In this document: one piece after another, positions 1 to 8,862 of the stretch | Numbering within the stretch: position 1 is the first letter of the stretch | Layout: each line of letters starts with the position of its first letter | Origin: a virus | Taxonomy: Duplodnaviria; Caudoviricetes | DNA length: 64,000 bases | Reading direction: 5' to 3' (one strand) | Virus record (IMG/VR): IMGVR_UViG_3300027563_000005 | Span: 1 to 64,000 of that record | Made by a program: the position numbers and the translations under genes | Notes under the pieces: generated by a model | Seen by the model: the letters and a program-made list of their open reading frames with translations, nothing else | Database searches by the model: none | What the model was told of the DNA's origin: nothing

Positions 1-19
1 ATTTATGTAGTAAAATAAT

Positions 20-256
20 CTATTTTTCACCTGGTGCCCCAGCCTCTACTAACTGCTGGACATACTCTGAAAAATGTTTTCTTATACTTCCCATGGGCCT
101 GGACCCGTACGCTTCCCATATTCTTTTATATTCTAGTATATTGGCAAAAGTTGTTGGGCATACTACTGTGCCGTTGTACTCTCTCAAAACAGTAGGGAGC
201 GGCACATGCTTGCCGCAACATTTACAGTCTTTTGCTCTCTCTTGGTATTCACTCAT
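20..256 (-). CDS. small hypothetical protein with Cys motifs (possible Zn-binding)
   Basis: 78-aa ORF with CKCC and a later Cys; start overlaps the terminase stop (ATGA coupling). Confidence 0.7.
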   Translation of the reverse strand: MSEYQERAKDCKCCGKHVPLPTVLREYNGTVVCPTTFANILEYKRIWEAYGSRPMGSIRKHFSEYVQQLVEAGAPGEK

Positions 257-2055
257 ATTATTTGCATCCTGTCCATTGCTTCCTTTAAATCTTCAGGCAT
301 TCTTGGCGCCCTAATCATATTGTAAGATGTTGTGTCTGGGTCATCCTTAGACCCAAAATCATTGTCGTAGTTCATTGACTCATAGGTATGTATATTAATT
401 TCTTGGTTTCCATCGAACCTAGTTCTGCTTATTGAATTAAATATTGCTCCGCATGTAGCATCTGCTAAATCCTTAGATCCTTTTCTTGGGTGATCTACTT
501 TATCTCGCATGATTCTAAGCTGGCACAGCTCATCTATAAGCAGGGGTATGTGAGGACCAATTAGCCTTTCTTCCGCCACTACCATTGCCATATCGTCATA
601 ATGTTTTTTAGCGACAGATAGAATCTCTGTATTGATGCCATATTGTTTTAGTTGTTGCATCATATCATGAGAGTTCCATCTGTCAAAGGTACATACTGCA
701 ATATTAAATCCTCTTGTTTTAAGAGAAAGAATATAATCTTTTACTTCAGTAAAATCAACAGATTTATCTTTTGTTGGTGTCCAAAATCTTACTGCATCTA
801 CTTCTACTATGGGGGCTGGTTGGGAGTATGTGTCAGTTACTTTAACATTTACCCATTTATTAATATGTGCCATTGTTACTGCACAATGATCATGTTTTTG
901 TGCTAAGTCTACGTGTATATAATATTTTTTGTCTGGGTCTGGTAAAAACCACTCCTCTAGTCTGCCGAAGTTGTCTACGGCAATAGCACCAACATTAAAA
1001 GCTTTTTCTACTTTTTCTCTTGATTTAAAGAATGCGTCAACTGCGTCTGGTGGCATGCAGGCAAATCTTGAAAGGGCATCGGTTGGATTTGTGTAGAATG
1101 CTGTTTTAAAATCATCAATTTTTCTAACTGGGTTTACTTCCCAGGTTGGGCGCTTAAGGGCATAAACCTTAGGTATCTTGTAAGATAGGATATGGTCTTC
1201 TTCCCATTGAATTTCAAATTCATTTCCAACTGTTCCGTCTGCGAGCTCCTCGTACATCTTGAACTTATGGTCTCTAATTACTGTTTCTTTTTCTCCAATT
1301 ACAGCATCATATCTTTGTTGAATATAATCATTCTTAAATCTAGGGAATGATAGGAGTATAACTTTTCCAAAATCTGGAAAGCGGGAGTCTACGGATGCCC
1401 TGTACATATCATATACTGCGCTACCTGTTTTTGCTTGATCGTGACCAGTTGTATTTTCAATTGCAAATCCAGAAATTTCATCCAAGATAACAACTATAAC
1501 GTTATATCCTTCCCAGGCTTCTCTCTCTGAGTGGCCCGAGTGAACCGTTATAGCCTTGTTAAACTGGATTTCAGATGCTTTCGAATAGTACTTGCCAACA
1601 AACCATGGAGACTTGTCTATGCGGCTCCTGAAGCCCTTAAAAAATACGTTGGTTGCCTGCTGAGAGTTAATTGCAATATTAATAATATCAATCGAGTCAC
1701 CAGGGGGCTTGCCGTAATATGTCGCTGGATCCTTTAAACACAACAGTAGATAAACTATGTATGCCACAGCAATTGTAGAGCAATAGTCTTTACCAGAGCC
1801 TTTTCCTAATTGAGCTACAACCTCATTAGCAGTTTGTTTAAATCTTATATGACCTTCATCTTCACCAAATAATTTTTTTAAAGTAGACTCTTTATATATT
1901 TGTGAACTTTTTTCAATCAAAATGTATTGATAGTCTGAAAGCGGGGGTAGTCCTAGATAGTTGGGGTTATTTACAAATGTACGAAGATCGACTGGCTTTT
2001 CTTCAAACTCTTCGCCATCTAATATGTCAATTAAATCTGAAAAATCAAACGACAT
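253..2055 (-). CDS. terL: terminase large subunit
   Basis: Walker A-like GKGSGKD, Walker B VVILDE, RNase H-like nuclease motifs HVDLAQKHD, FDRWNS and KDLADA; ATG at 2055 preceded by GAGG. Confidence 0.93.
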   Translation of the reverse strand: MSFDFSDLIDILDGEEFEEKPVDLRTFVNNPNYLGLPPLSDYQYILIEKSSQIYKESTLKKLFGEDEGHIRFKQTANEVVAQLGKGSGKDYCSTIAVAYIVYLLLCLKDPATYYGKPPGDSIDIINIAINSQQATNVFFKGFRSRIDKSPWFVGKYYSKASEIQFNKAITVHSGHSEREAWEGYNVIVVILDEISGFAIENTTGHDQAKTGSAVYDMYRASVDSRFPDFGKVILLSFPRFKNDYIQQRYDAVIGEKETVIRDHKFKMYEELADGTVGNEFEIQWEEDHILSYKIPKVYALKRPTWEVNPVRKIDDFKTAFYTNPTDALSRFACMPPDAVDAFFKSREKVEKAFNVGAIAVDNFGRLEEWFLPDPDKKYYIHVDLAQKHDHCAVTMAHINKWVNVKVTDTYSQPAPIVEVDAVRFWTPTKDKSVDFTEVKDYILSLKTRGFNIAVCTFDRWNSHDMMQQLKQYGINTEILSVAKKHYDDMAMVVAEERLIGPHIPLLIDELCQLRIMRDKVDHPRKGSKDLADATCGAIFNSISRTRFDGNQEINIHTYESMNYDNDFGSKDDPDTTSYNMIRAPRMPEDLKEAMDRMQII

Positions 2056-2581
2056 CTGCATCCTCAATTACAATAGCTTCAACTATGCCAGTAATTTGAG
2101 AAAGTTTTTTTGCAACATCCATTTTACATTTAGGACAAGATGCGGTTGTTTCTTTTAATATTCCGACTAATATTTCTTGCTTGCGTTCTGTTTCTGCAAT
2201 CTGTGATGCTATCTGTGTATTTTCTAAAACGCCAACCGACTGAAGCATTGCTATTCTTTTAGTTTCTATATCTGCAATTAACTTTAAAGCCCCTGCCTTT
2301 ACATTAAGTTGTCCCTGCGTGTCTGCATCTTCTACAGTTTTCCAGGCTTCTTTAATTAACATTGCGTAATGTTGATCTGCTCCAGAGATTGCTTCTCTTG
2401 CTCGATCACGAATGTTGCTATCATTGTGGACTACAGACTTCCACTCATCAACGTGCTCTAAAACTTCTTTACGGGAGAACCCAGTAATTGTGGCTATTTG
2501 GGTTGCTGAGTTGCCCTTTAAAAGCTCTTCTACTACCTTATTCATACGGTCAAAATGTACTGCTGGCTCTAATTCGCTCAT
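2045..2581 (-). CDS. HTH protein, probable terminase small subunit
   Basis: N-terminal HTH-like segment (SATQIATITGFSRKEV), helical body, directly upstream of and overlapping terL. Confidence 0.6.
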   Translation of the reverse strand: MSELEPAVHFDRMNKVVEELLKGNSATQIATITGFSRKEVLEHVDEWKSVVHNDSNIRDRAREAISGADQHYAMLIKEAWKTVEDADTQGQLNVKAGALKLIADIETKRIAMLQSVGVLENTQIASQIAETERKQEILVGILKETTASCPKCKMDVAKKLSQITGIVEAIVIEDADVV

Positions 2582-2587
2582 GTTTAA

Positions 2588-2596
2588 ATTATACCA
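2588..2596 (-). promoter_or_regulatory. extended -10 promoter (TGG-TATAAT), probably leaderless
   Basis: TGGTATAAT lies exactly 6 nt upstream of the ATG at 2581, with no Shine-Dalgarno between. Confidence 0.65.
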
Positions 2597-2608
2597 TGTT
2601 TTAGTTGA

Positions 2609-2935
2609 CTAAGACTTATTGGCAATTTTAAGAAGAATTAAATACCCTATTAAATCATCAATGTCATTATCTCCAGGGAATGCCTTATCATTTTGAATTC
2701 TATTTAATTTATCATCAATACGAACACGAATCTGTTCTGTTGAATCCGCCTTTGAAAATATACGAATTGGATCCAAGGCCGAGTTTCCATAAGATATATT
2801 TTTCTTTATAAGCATCTCTGCTGTTTCAAGGCACTCCACTATAATCTTAGGGCCTGACGGTGCATCGGTTGCAATTAATTGAAGGTCTGTTATCCATGCT
2901 TGGTATCCGCCATCTTTATTTGGGTATTCGCTCAT
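2609..2935 (-). CDS. DUF1599 / nucleotide-modification-associated domain (Nmad1)-like protein
   Basis: Motifs KKNISYGNS, RIDDKLNRI and DDLIGYLILL; probable start MSEYPNK at 2935. Confidence 0.65.
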   Translation of the reverse strand: MSEYPNKDGGYQAWITDLQLIATDAPSGPKIIVECLETAEMLIKKNISYGNSALDPIRIFSKADSTEQIRVRIDDKLNRIQNDKAFPGDNDIDDLIGYLILLKIANKS

Positions 2936-3078
2936 TTTTTTCTTAACAATCCAAACTGTTGTAAATATCTCTGTATGGTCATAGCAGAGACTCCGCACTC
3001 TTTACCTATTTCTGTGACTGTTTTCTTTTGTACTACGTACCTTCTATATAGCCAATCCTTACTCTGATAAAGCTTCAT
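2932..3078 (-). CDS. small helix-turn-helix protein (48 aa; not in the supplied ORF track)
   Basis: Reads MKLYQSKDWLYRRYVVQKKTVTEIGKECGVSAMTIQRYLQQFGLLRKK; ATGA overlaps with both neighbours. Confidence 0.75.
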   Translation of the reverse strand: MKLYQSKDWLYRRYVVQKKTVTEIGKECGVSAMTIQRYLQQFGLLRKK

Positions 3079-3641
3079 CGCTTAGTAAGCACCTGGTTAC
3101 TATAATGTGCAATACCAAAACTATCTGCAACATCAAAATCCACAATTTCTAAACCGTATTTCTTATTAAAGTAGTCAGCAGTTCTTTGCTTTCTCATATT
3201 TCTTAATTGATTTTTATACCAGGATTCCGCATACCCTGGGTTTAATAATCTTATTGCAGACTTCTCATCTTTTGTCGGATTTTTGTTACCAATGTACGCC
3301 TGCCACGAGGATGGGCTAATTGTAATAACCTTAGCGCCAGTAGACATAAGCTCAGCAATAACAACTCCATATACATAGGATAATTTTATCACAGCATCTG
3401 GTGATCTGACAAGTATAGCTCCTTCTACAGCAATATAATCACTCTTAAGTTCATCTAACATCATAGCCATTTTGTTTTTTGCGTCATAAATTTTTTCATA
3501 TATGTCTTCACCAACAAGATTTATTTTGCCCCATTTTAAAGGAATGTCGTCCTCCATCAAACAAAAAGCTATAGAGTTTGTAGAAGCATCTATACCCAAA
3601 ACTCTATTTGCTTTTGTTTTAATCAGGCTAGCTAATTTCAT
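3075..3641 (-). CDS. ruvC: RuvC-like Holliday junction resolvase
   Basis: VLGIDASTNS, IAVEG and DVADSFGIA supply the RNase H-fold acidic residues of RuvC. Confidence 0.85.
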   Translation of the reverse strand: MKLASLIKTKANRVLGIDASTNSIAFCLMEDDIPLKWGKINLVGEDIYEKIYDAKNKMAMMLDELKSDYIAVEGAILVRSPDAVIKLSYVYGVVIAELMSTGAKVITISPSSWQAYIGNKNPTKDEKSAIRLLNPGYAESWYKNQLRNMRKQRTADYFNKKYGLEIVDFDVADSFGIAHYSNQVLTKR

Positions 3642-3906
3642 CAATAATGTCCTGTAGAAGTTTTTTAGATCTTGGATTTGTTTCCTTTAAACAAGAAGAG
3701 CATATGTTTTCTGCGTTGTATCTACTGAGCTGGGACTTGCATTCTTTGCACAATCTGCTAGCTCCATTTTTTATTGCTTTTTTTTCATAATATTTTTGCA
3801 TAATTCTTTTGTTTGTTGCAACCCTGCAACATTCATCAGAACAATATTTTTGATTGTGTGTCTTAGAGTCAAATTTTTTAGTGCATTCGGTGTTAGCACA
3901 AATCAT
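3628..3906 (-). CDS. Cys-rich zinc-finger protein
   Basis: CxxxxC ... YCSDECC ... CKEC ... CSSC pattern in 92 aa. Confidence 0.7.
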   Translation of the reverse strand: MICANTECTKKFDSKTHNQKYCSDECCRVATNKRIMQKYYEKKAIKNGASRLCKECKSQLSRYNAENICSSCLKETNPRSKKLLQDIIDEIS

Positions 3907-4694
3907 ATTTTTGGAACCTTATAAAGATCTATCTCAACAGTACCCAGGGGTCCAGATTTGTCATAGCATGCCTTTTTAACTGGGCAGTAGGTGCATGGCA
4001 TCTTGGATTTAGTTGATCCTGCTGGTCTTACTGGGAGGTCTCCATTTTGAAAGTTGTCCCAAACCTGCTGCATCCAAGCAAATGCTTCTTCAATAATTGC
4101 TTTATTCTTTTCATTCATTGAAATTGGAATAATCAATATCTCTTGAGTGTTCTTATTTTCATACAGGAAGAATCCTTCTTTGGCATTCTTTAATTTCATA
4201 TAGGTTAATAACTGAAGCATGTGGTTTGCCGAAGACTTCATCTCCGATTGCCTTGTATCCCATACCTCTTGTTTTGCCGTCTTGATTTCTCCTATAACGG
4301 TTTCGCCATCATACTCCATGATTAGATCTATAAAGCCTCTAATAGGAGGATACTCATTAATGATCTCCTCTTCTTCCGCTTTCCACTCTGGCATTGTAGA
4401 AATAAGCTTTTGAAGTCTTTCGTGGGCTTGAGTTCCCTGTGCCATATTGGCGACTGCAACGGCATCATTATCATCAACAAATACCGCACCAGAAAAAGCC
4501 ATGTACCAATATCTAGGGCATGTTCCGTGCCCATATCCAAGTGAGCTTGGGCTAAATGACTTCTTTGTCATCTGTCCATCTGCTCTTTTAGTATTACGAT
4601 ATGACTCGTCAAGCAATGACGCAAACTTTTCTGGGTCAAAAAACTTTCCAGTATGTTTCTTAAACTTAAGGTTCTTTACAATATCTCTAGCCAT
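3903..4694 (-). CDS. Cas4-like / PD-(D/E)XK exonuclease with 4-Cys cluster
   Basis: N-terminal CPR, IDLI...EIKT nuclease motif, QLLTY, C-terminal CTYCPVKKAC. Confidence 0.85.
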   Translation of the reverse strand: MARDIVKNLKFKKHTGKFFDPEKFASLLDESYRNTKRADGQMTKKSFSPSSLGYGHGTCPRYWYMAFSGAVFVDDNDAVAVANMAQGTQAHERLQKLISTMPEWKAEEEEIINEYPPIRGFIDLIMEYDGETVIGEIKTAKQEVWDTRQSEMKSSANHMLQLLTYMKLKNAKEGFFLYENKNTQEILIIPISMNEKNKAIIEEAFAWMQQVWDNFQNGDLPVRPAGSTKSKMPCTYCPVKKACYDKSGPLGTVEIDLYKVPKI

Positions 4695-5033
4695 TTATGA
4701 GTTGTACCTAACGACATACTTAAGTGCATCTACAAGTTTGTCTATGGACTCCTTTACTGAATAGTAAACGTTCTTCTTATTGTTATTTACAGTTCCCGCT
4801 TTATCTTTAGCAATGGTTGAATACACGGAAGACATTACGGCAAATTTTGTAGACATTGCTTGAAGCTCCATTATTAACATAGGAGCTTTTGCAGAAGGAA
4901 CGTCTGGGTTCATTAAAAGCTTTACAACAATAGCCAATGCTTTGTCTAAGTGCTCATCTTGCATATATTCATGAAGATCATTAAACTCAGTTATATCACT
5001 AATGAGCTGCAGGGTGTTCTTATCTTCCGTCAT
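4695..5033 (-). CDS. hypothetical protein
   Basis: 112-aa helical ORF abutting the nuclease gene. Confidence 0.75.
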   Translation of the reverse strand: MTEDKNTLQLISDITEFNDLHEYMQDEHLDKALAIVVKLLMNPDVPSAKAPMLIMELQAMSTKFAVMSSVYSTIAKDKAGTVNNNKKNVYYSVKESIDKLVDALKYVVRYNS

Positions 5034-5124
5034 TTTTTATCCCTTTGTCTAATTGATCTATAAATAGACCGAGTGGGTACCCAATTGATAAACCCACCAA
5101 TAATCCTAATAAAAATATTGTCAC
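5020..5124 (-). CDS. small membrane peptide (34 aa; not in ORF track)
   Basis: GTG start overlapping the upstream stop; MTIFLLGLLVGLSIGYPLGLFIDQLDKGIKNDGR has one hydrophobic helix and fills the gap between genes. Confidence 0.5.
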   Translation of the reverse strand: MTIFLLGLLVGLSIGYPLGLFIDQLDKGIKNDGR

Positions 5125-6092
5125 TACATTATCCTTCCGTCTATATAAACATCATTTCCTTCGTGAACATATAGTGGAATTAAATTTCTTTGTTCGGAGA
5201 AAGTTTGGCCTGCTCTTACTACTTGCCTTCCAACCTCCCCAGAGTCAACAATCTTTTTTGCATTTTCCATTTCGATTGCATCCCATTGTTCTTTGCCATA
5301 TTTCTTGACTCCTTCACGATATTCCTCTGATCCTTCGTAATCCCACACAGCAAAAACTCTTAAAAATGTTTTATTGTTTCCGCTTCTGACTGATTTTGCT
5401 GAGTGCCAGTAGGGAAGACCCGCTGGGAATGCGGTTACATCTCCAGCTTGTGGCTTATATGTTACGAGACGATCACCAGCATCATCTATAAACTCTATCT
5501 CTCCGCCCTCGTAATCATCGTTAAGATACATTGTATAAGTTATGATCTGCTTTATACCTGCCATATGTATTCTATGTTCATGAGTATCGGTATGAAATTG
5601 TAAAGCATGCTCTTGATTAGCATCTGTTATCATCTTGTGCTTTAGTATTTCTATATCGCATAAGGTTAATAGGTGCCCAGGGTCTGTGTTTGGGGTCCAT
5701 CTGTTTACAAAATCTGGCCATCCTTTGGCGTCTTTCCATTCATTAATATAATCAGCATGAATTTTATCATAAGCTCCATACACTGCAGTTCTAAACTTAA
5801 ACTGGTCTATGTTGCTGTCCTGTTGTTTTTTACTAAGTGGCTTTCTGTTCATCTTTGATCTTGAGCCAAATGTATACCACGGAGTCCAAATATTAATTAT
5901 ACTTGAGTCCTCTTTCACTATTGGAGCTTGTCCGTGTGTGTCCGTGTAGGCTGAATCTTCTGGTGCTGTTTTTGTCATATCTTCTATTGAATTTTCAGAC
6001 TTTCTAATAACATCCATAAAAAAATCTAGCTCTTCTTTTGTAAATACATCTTTATACACTGTTACTTTTGGCATAATTTCAATGCTTCTCAT
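5124..6092 (-). CDS. 2OG-Fe(II) oxygenase (prolyl-4-hydroxylase-like)
   Basis: HTD ... MYLNDDYEGGEIEF ... WHSAKSV facial-triad pattern. Confidence 0.85.
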   Translation of the reverse strand: MRSIEIMPKVTVYKDVFTKEELDFFMDVIRKSENSIEDMTKTAPEDSAYTDTHGQAPIVKEDSSIINIWTPWYTFGSRSKMNRKPLSKKQQDSNIDQFKFRTAVYGAYDKIHADYINEWKDAKGWPDFVNRWTPNTDPGHLLTLCDIEILKHKMITDANQEHALQFHTDTHEHRIHMAGIKQIITYTMYLNDDYEGGEIEFIDDAGDRLVTYKPQAGDVTAFPAGLPYWHSAKSVRSGNNKTFLRVFAVWDYEGSEEYREGVKKYGKEQWDAIEMENAKKIVDSGEVGRQVVRAGQTFSEQRNLIPLYVHEGNDVYIDGRIM

Positions 6093-6390
6093 TATTATTC
6101 TCCCAACATTCTATTAGTTCTTCTAGTACTGACCATTCTATTATACCAAGCCTTACCTTTGAATCTGTTCCTATAATAATTTTTAGTGCTGGGTGCATGT
6201 CTCTATTAACTTTAAACGTATCAGTACATATCTTTGCCCAGTTGTCTTTGTTTAAGGTAAAAGAAGACCCTGCTTCTTTATAGTCTACAAGGAACTGCTT
6301 CCACTGTGCGTCACCCTTTTGATAGTCGCCACGCCCAGAATTCTTTTGAGCCTTTGCTCCGTCTCTTTTAACTTCTGATCTTTCTGACAT
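6079..6390 (-). CDS. PD-(D/E)XK Holliday junction resolvase-like protein
   Basis: MSERSE...NSGRG...KGD...LVDYK pattern of small phage Hjc-type nucleases; probable start at 6390. Confidence 0.65.
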   Translation of the reverse strand: MSERSEVKRDGAKAQKNSGRGDYQKGDAQWKQFLVDYKEAGSSFTLNKDNWAKICTDTFKVNRDMHPALKIIIGTDSKVRLGIIEWSVLEELIECWENNNEKH

Positions 6391-6587
6391 TAACTTACAC
6401 TGTACCTTGTCTCGTGTCCGTCTTTGCACTGCCAGTACATTTCTAAAGTCTGACTATTGAATTGATAAGAGTCTACATAAAGATCACATTTAGAACAAGG
6501 TCTCATTTGTTCTATGATTTCTGTATTAGCATCTAGGGTGGTGATCTCAGCATTAAATTTTTTTAAAAACTCGTTAAGATTTGGCAT
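6390..6587 (-). CDS. small Zn-ribbon protein
   Basis: CSKC ... CKDGH. Confidence 0.65.
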   Translation of the reverse strand: MPNLNEFLKKFNAEITTLDANTEIIEQMRPCSKCDLYVDSYQFNSQTLEMYWQCKDGHETRYSVS

Positions 6588-7572
6588 CAATATCCTCAAT
6601 AAGACTTTTGACTACATCGGGATTATCCCTTAAGTATGCAACAGCCTTTGCACGACCCTGTAGTCTTTCTCCATTTACCGTGTACCAAGCTCCACCTTTT
6701 TCAATTGCACCAACCATTTCTGCAACATCAAGAGTTTCTCCAACCAGGTCTACTCCTAAAGATTCTCCTTGGTAATAGAAGTCGTATTGTCCAGATAGGT
6801 TAGGGGGGCCGAGCTTGTTGTAATCAATAATCCAATTGACTGGTCTGCCAACCCTTTGTTCAATAATCTTGTCGCCAACTTTAATGCCAGCTTTGATAGC
6901 ATTAGCTTCAGCCTCAGAAGACCAAAGTTTAATGACGGTGGAAGAGAAGAACTTGACTGCCATTCCTCCTGTCGGTATATGGGAGGCATGCATAGATCCA
7001 AACTGATTTCTTTGTTGTGAGATGAGTACCAATAATGTGTTTTTATTTGCATAGTTTAACATTTTGACTGCGTGTGTCATATCCTTTGCTTCAGCGCCGA
7101 TTTGCTTTGTGTCTTGCAAATCTTTCATTTCATTTCCGTCTTTTTCAAAATAGATTGCAGGTAACAGTGCAGATATAGAATCTACAACAATAATATCTAT
7201 CCCAGCGTCCATTAACTTTGTAGCAACATCAACCATATCGTTAACTGTTTTTGCTGTAGAGTAGATAAGGGAAGATGAATCTACTCCTAGCATCTCTGCC
7301 CATTGCTGGTCATAAGAAGCCTCAGCATCAATCCAAGCACAAGTTTTTCCTTCTTTTTGTGCAAGCGCAATCATCTGTAAGCAGAATGAAGATTTTCCAG
7401 CAGACTTATTTCCCCATACCAAAACTTGCCTTCCATAGCCCAGACCACCTTTTAAAGCCATGTTTAACCCTATGCTTGGGGTCTTTTGTTTTTCGACCTT
7501 TACATCTTGTGCGGCTTTTACTCTTGCCCTTGTTTTTGGATCAAGCTTTGATAATATTGATTCTATGTCCAC
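6574..7572 (-). CDS. recA: RecA/UvsX-like recombinase
   Basis: Walker A GNKSAGKS, WIDAE, IIVVDSISAL, TGGMAVKFFSS, KGGAWY. Confidence 0.95.
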   Translation of the reverse strand: MDIESILSKLDPKTRARVKAAQDVKVEKQKTPSIGLNMALKGGLGYGRQVLVWGNKSAGKSSFCLQMIALAQKEGKTCAWIDAEASYDQQWAEMLGVDSSSLIYSTAKTVNDMVDVATKLMDAGIDIIVVDSISALLPAIYFEKDGNEMKDLQDTKQIGAEAKDMTHAVKMLNYANKNTLLVLISQQRNQFGSMHASHIPTGGMAVKFFSSTVIKLWSSEAEANAIKAGIKVGDKIIEQRVGRPVNWIIDYNKLGPPNLSGQYDFYYQGESLGVDLVGETLDVAEMVGAIEKGGAWYTVNGERLQGRAKAVAYLRDNPDVVKSLIEDIDAKS

Positions 7573-7578
7573 TGTTCA

Positions 7579-7911
7579 TCATTTCTTATAATATGGGCTA
7601 TCGTAATCTACATGCCCAACTTCTGTTGTTCCTCTTACACACAAGTACCCTAGTTGATCTCTTAAATTTCCCTCAGAGGGATACCTGGGCTCAAAAATAA
7701 ATTCTCCAGAACTTTGGTCGTGTCTCATTACAAACATTGCTACATTTTTTGTAACAAAATCATTTGGAAAGGTTTGCTCTTCCGTAAGCAAATCATCAAA
7801 AATATTGTCTGGCAGGCGAAGCTCTCCGTAATGACCAAGCACAGCAGAAAATATAGTTGTTGCGCTTATTCTGTTAAATATATTTAACGTATCTATATAT
7901 TTTTTCATCAC
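7579..7911 (-). CDS. hypothetical protein, paralog of 8270-8521 and 8521-8862
   Basis: Shares EQxFPxDF, FxFE and GxxCVR with 8521-8862; preceded by TGA-TATAAT 6 nt before the GTG. Confidence 0.75.
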   Translation of the reverse strand: MMKKYIDTLNIFNRISATTIFSAVLGHYGELRLPDNIFDDLLTEEQTFPNDFVTKNVAMFVMRHDQSSGEFIFEPRYPSEGNLRDQLGYLCVRGTTEVGHVDYDSPYYKK

Positions 7912-7926
7912 AATATCATTATATCA

Positions 7927-8316
7927 TTAAAATAAATGACCGTGTTTTTGCGGCCTAAATTTATTTATTTCTATTTTTTTAAACAAAATCTCATCTAGAC
8001 TGTGCTCTACAAATCCAGCATTACGCATTGACGCATAAAGATCTAATGTTCTAATTAAAACATCAACCATCTCTTCTACAATCTGTTCCGATCCTTTATT
8101 TTTTCTAATTGCTTCAAGGATTTCTGTAACCTCTGAGTGCACAAGTGCCAGCTTATTGCCGAATACATCAAAGTTTTTTGGGCTTCCCCAAAATCCTTTT
8201 TCTACAGCAGTCTCATGTAACAATGCCGCCAGAACATCTAGCCCATAATCAGTGACTAGCTCTACGTCTTTATTCGAAGTCTGTAATGAGTTGGTTGTTA
8301 TTTGTCCCTGGTTCAT
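7927..8316 (-). CDS. mazG: MazG-like NTP pyrophosphohydrolase
   Basis: LALVHSEVTEILEAIRK and EEMVDVLIR give the ExxE...EExxD all-alpha NTP-PPase motif. Confidence 0.85.
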   Translation of the reverse strand: MNQGQITTNSLQTSNKDVELVTDYGLDVLAALLHETAVEKGFWGSPKNFDVFGNKLALVHSEVTEILEAIRKNKGSEQIVEEMVDVLIRTLDLYASMRNAGFVEHSLDEILFKKIEINKFRPQKHGHLF

Positions 8317-8521
8317 CTTTGCCCTTCAGTGTAAATGTAAACATTTGATTGTCTGAGTTATAATCAACCTTTAACTCCTGGTCTTCTGTTGCTGCTGCCA
8401 TAAATACATCTGTCGGTACATTAATTTCTCCAAGAGTTTCGATTGCTGCAATTAAAATTCTTGAAACATTTAATGAAGCAAATACCTCTTCAACTGTTGA
8501 CACCTTTATATCTTCTGACAT
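8270..8521 (-). CDS. hypothetical protein (short member of the three-gene paralog family)
   Basis: Probable start MSEDIK at 8521 (TAATG overlap); N-terminal pattern shared with neighbours. Confidence 0.7.
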   Translation of the reverse strand: MSEDIKVSTVEEVFASLNVSRILIAAIETLGEINVPTDVFMAAATEDQELKVDYNSDNQMFTFTLKGKDEPGTNNNQLITDFE

Positions 8522-8862
8522 TATTTGACCGCCCATTCTGGTCTGACATCGCTGTACTGGATGTCTCCATTTTCTGGATGCTGTCTTACGCAAACGTGCC
8601 CCATGATATGGTCCCCAGGAGTAATTGGGTCATCTACGTAAGCAAGCTCAAAATTAAATTTACTTAAATCGTCATTGTGAGACACTCTCATAATACTTCC
8701 ATTTCTTGAAATAAAATCAGTTGGGAACAGCTGTTCATAGTCACTAAGTTCTTCTAGTAAAGATGAGGAAACACTTAGCTTTCCATTTTCTCTCAACAAG
8801 GCAACCAGAACATTGTTGCCCTTTAGTCCTGCAAATACTTTTTCTATTTTTTTATTATCCAT
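8521..8862 (-). CDS. hypothetical protein, paralog of 7579-7911
   Basis: Coupled to the dnaE stop; shared motifs with 7579-7911. Confidence 0.75.
   Translation of the reverse strand: MDNKKIEKVFAGLKGNNVLVALLRENGKLSVSSSLLEELSDYEQLFPTDFISRNGSIMRVSHNDDLSKFNFELAYVDDPITPGDHIMGHVCVRQHPENGDIQYSDVRPEWAVK

Noticed and set aside
3903-4694. Cas4-like gene as part of a CRISPR-Cas system
   Set aside because: No cas1/cas2 or array; stand-alone Cas4-like nucleases are common in phage recombination modules.
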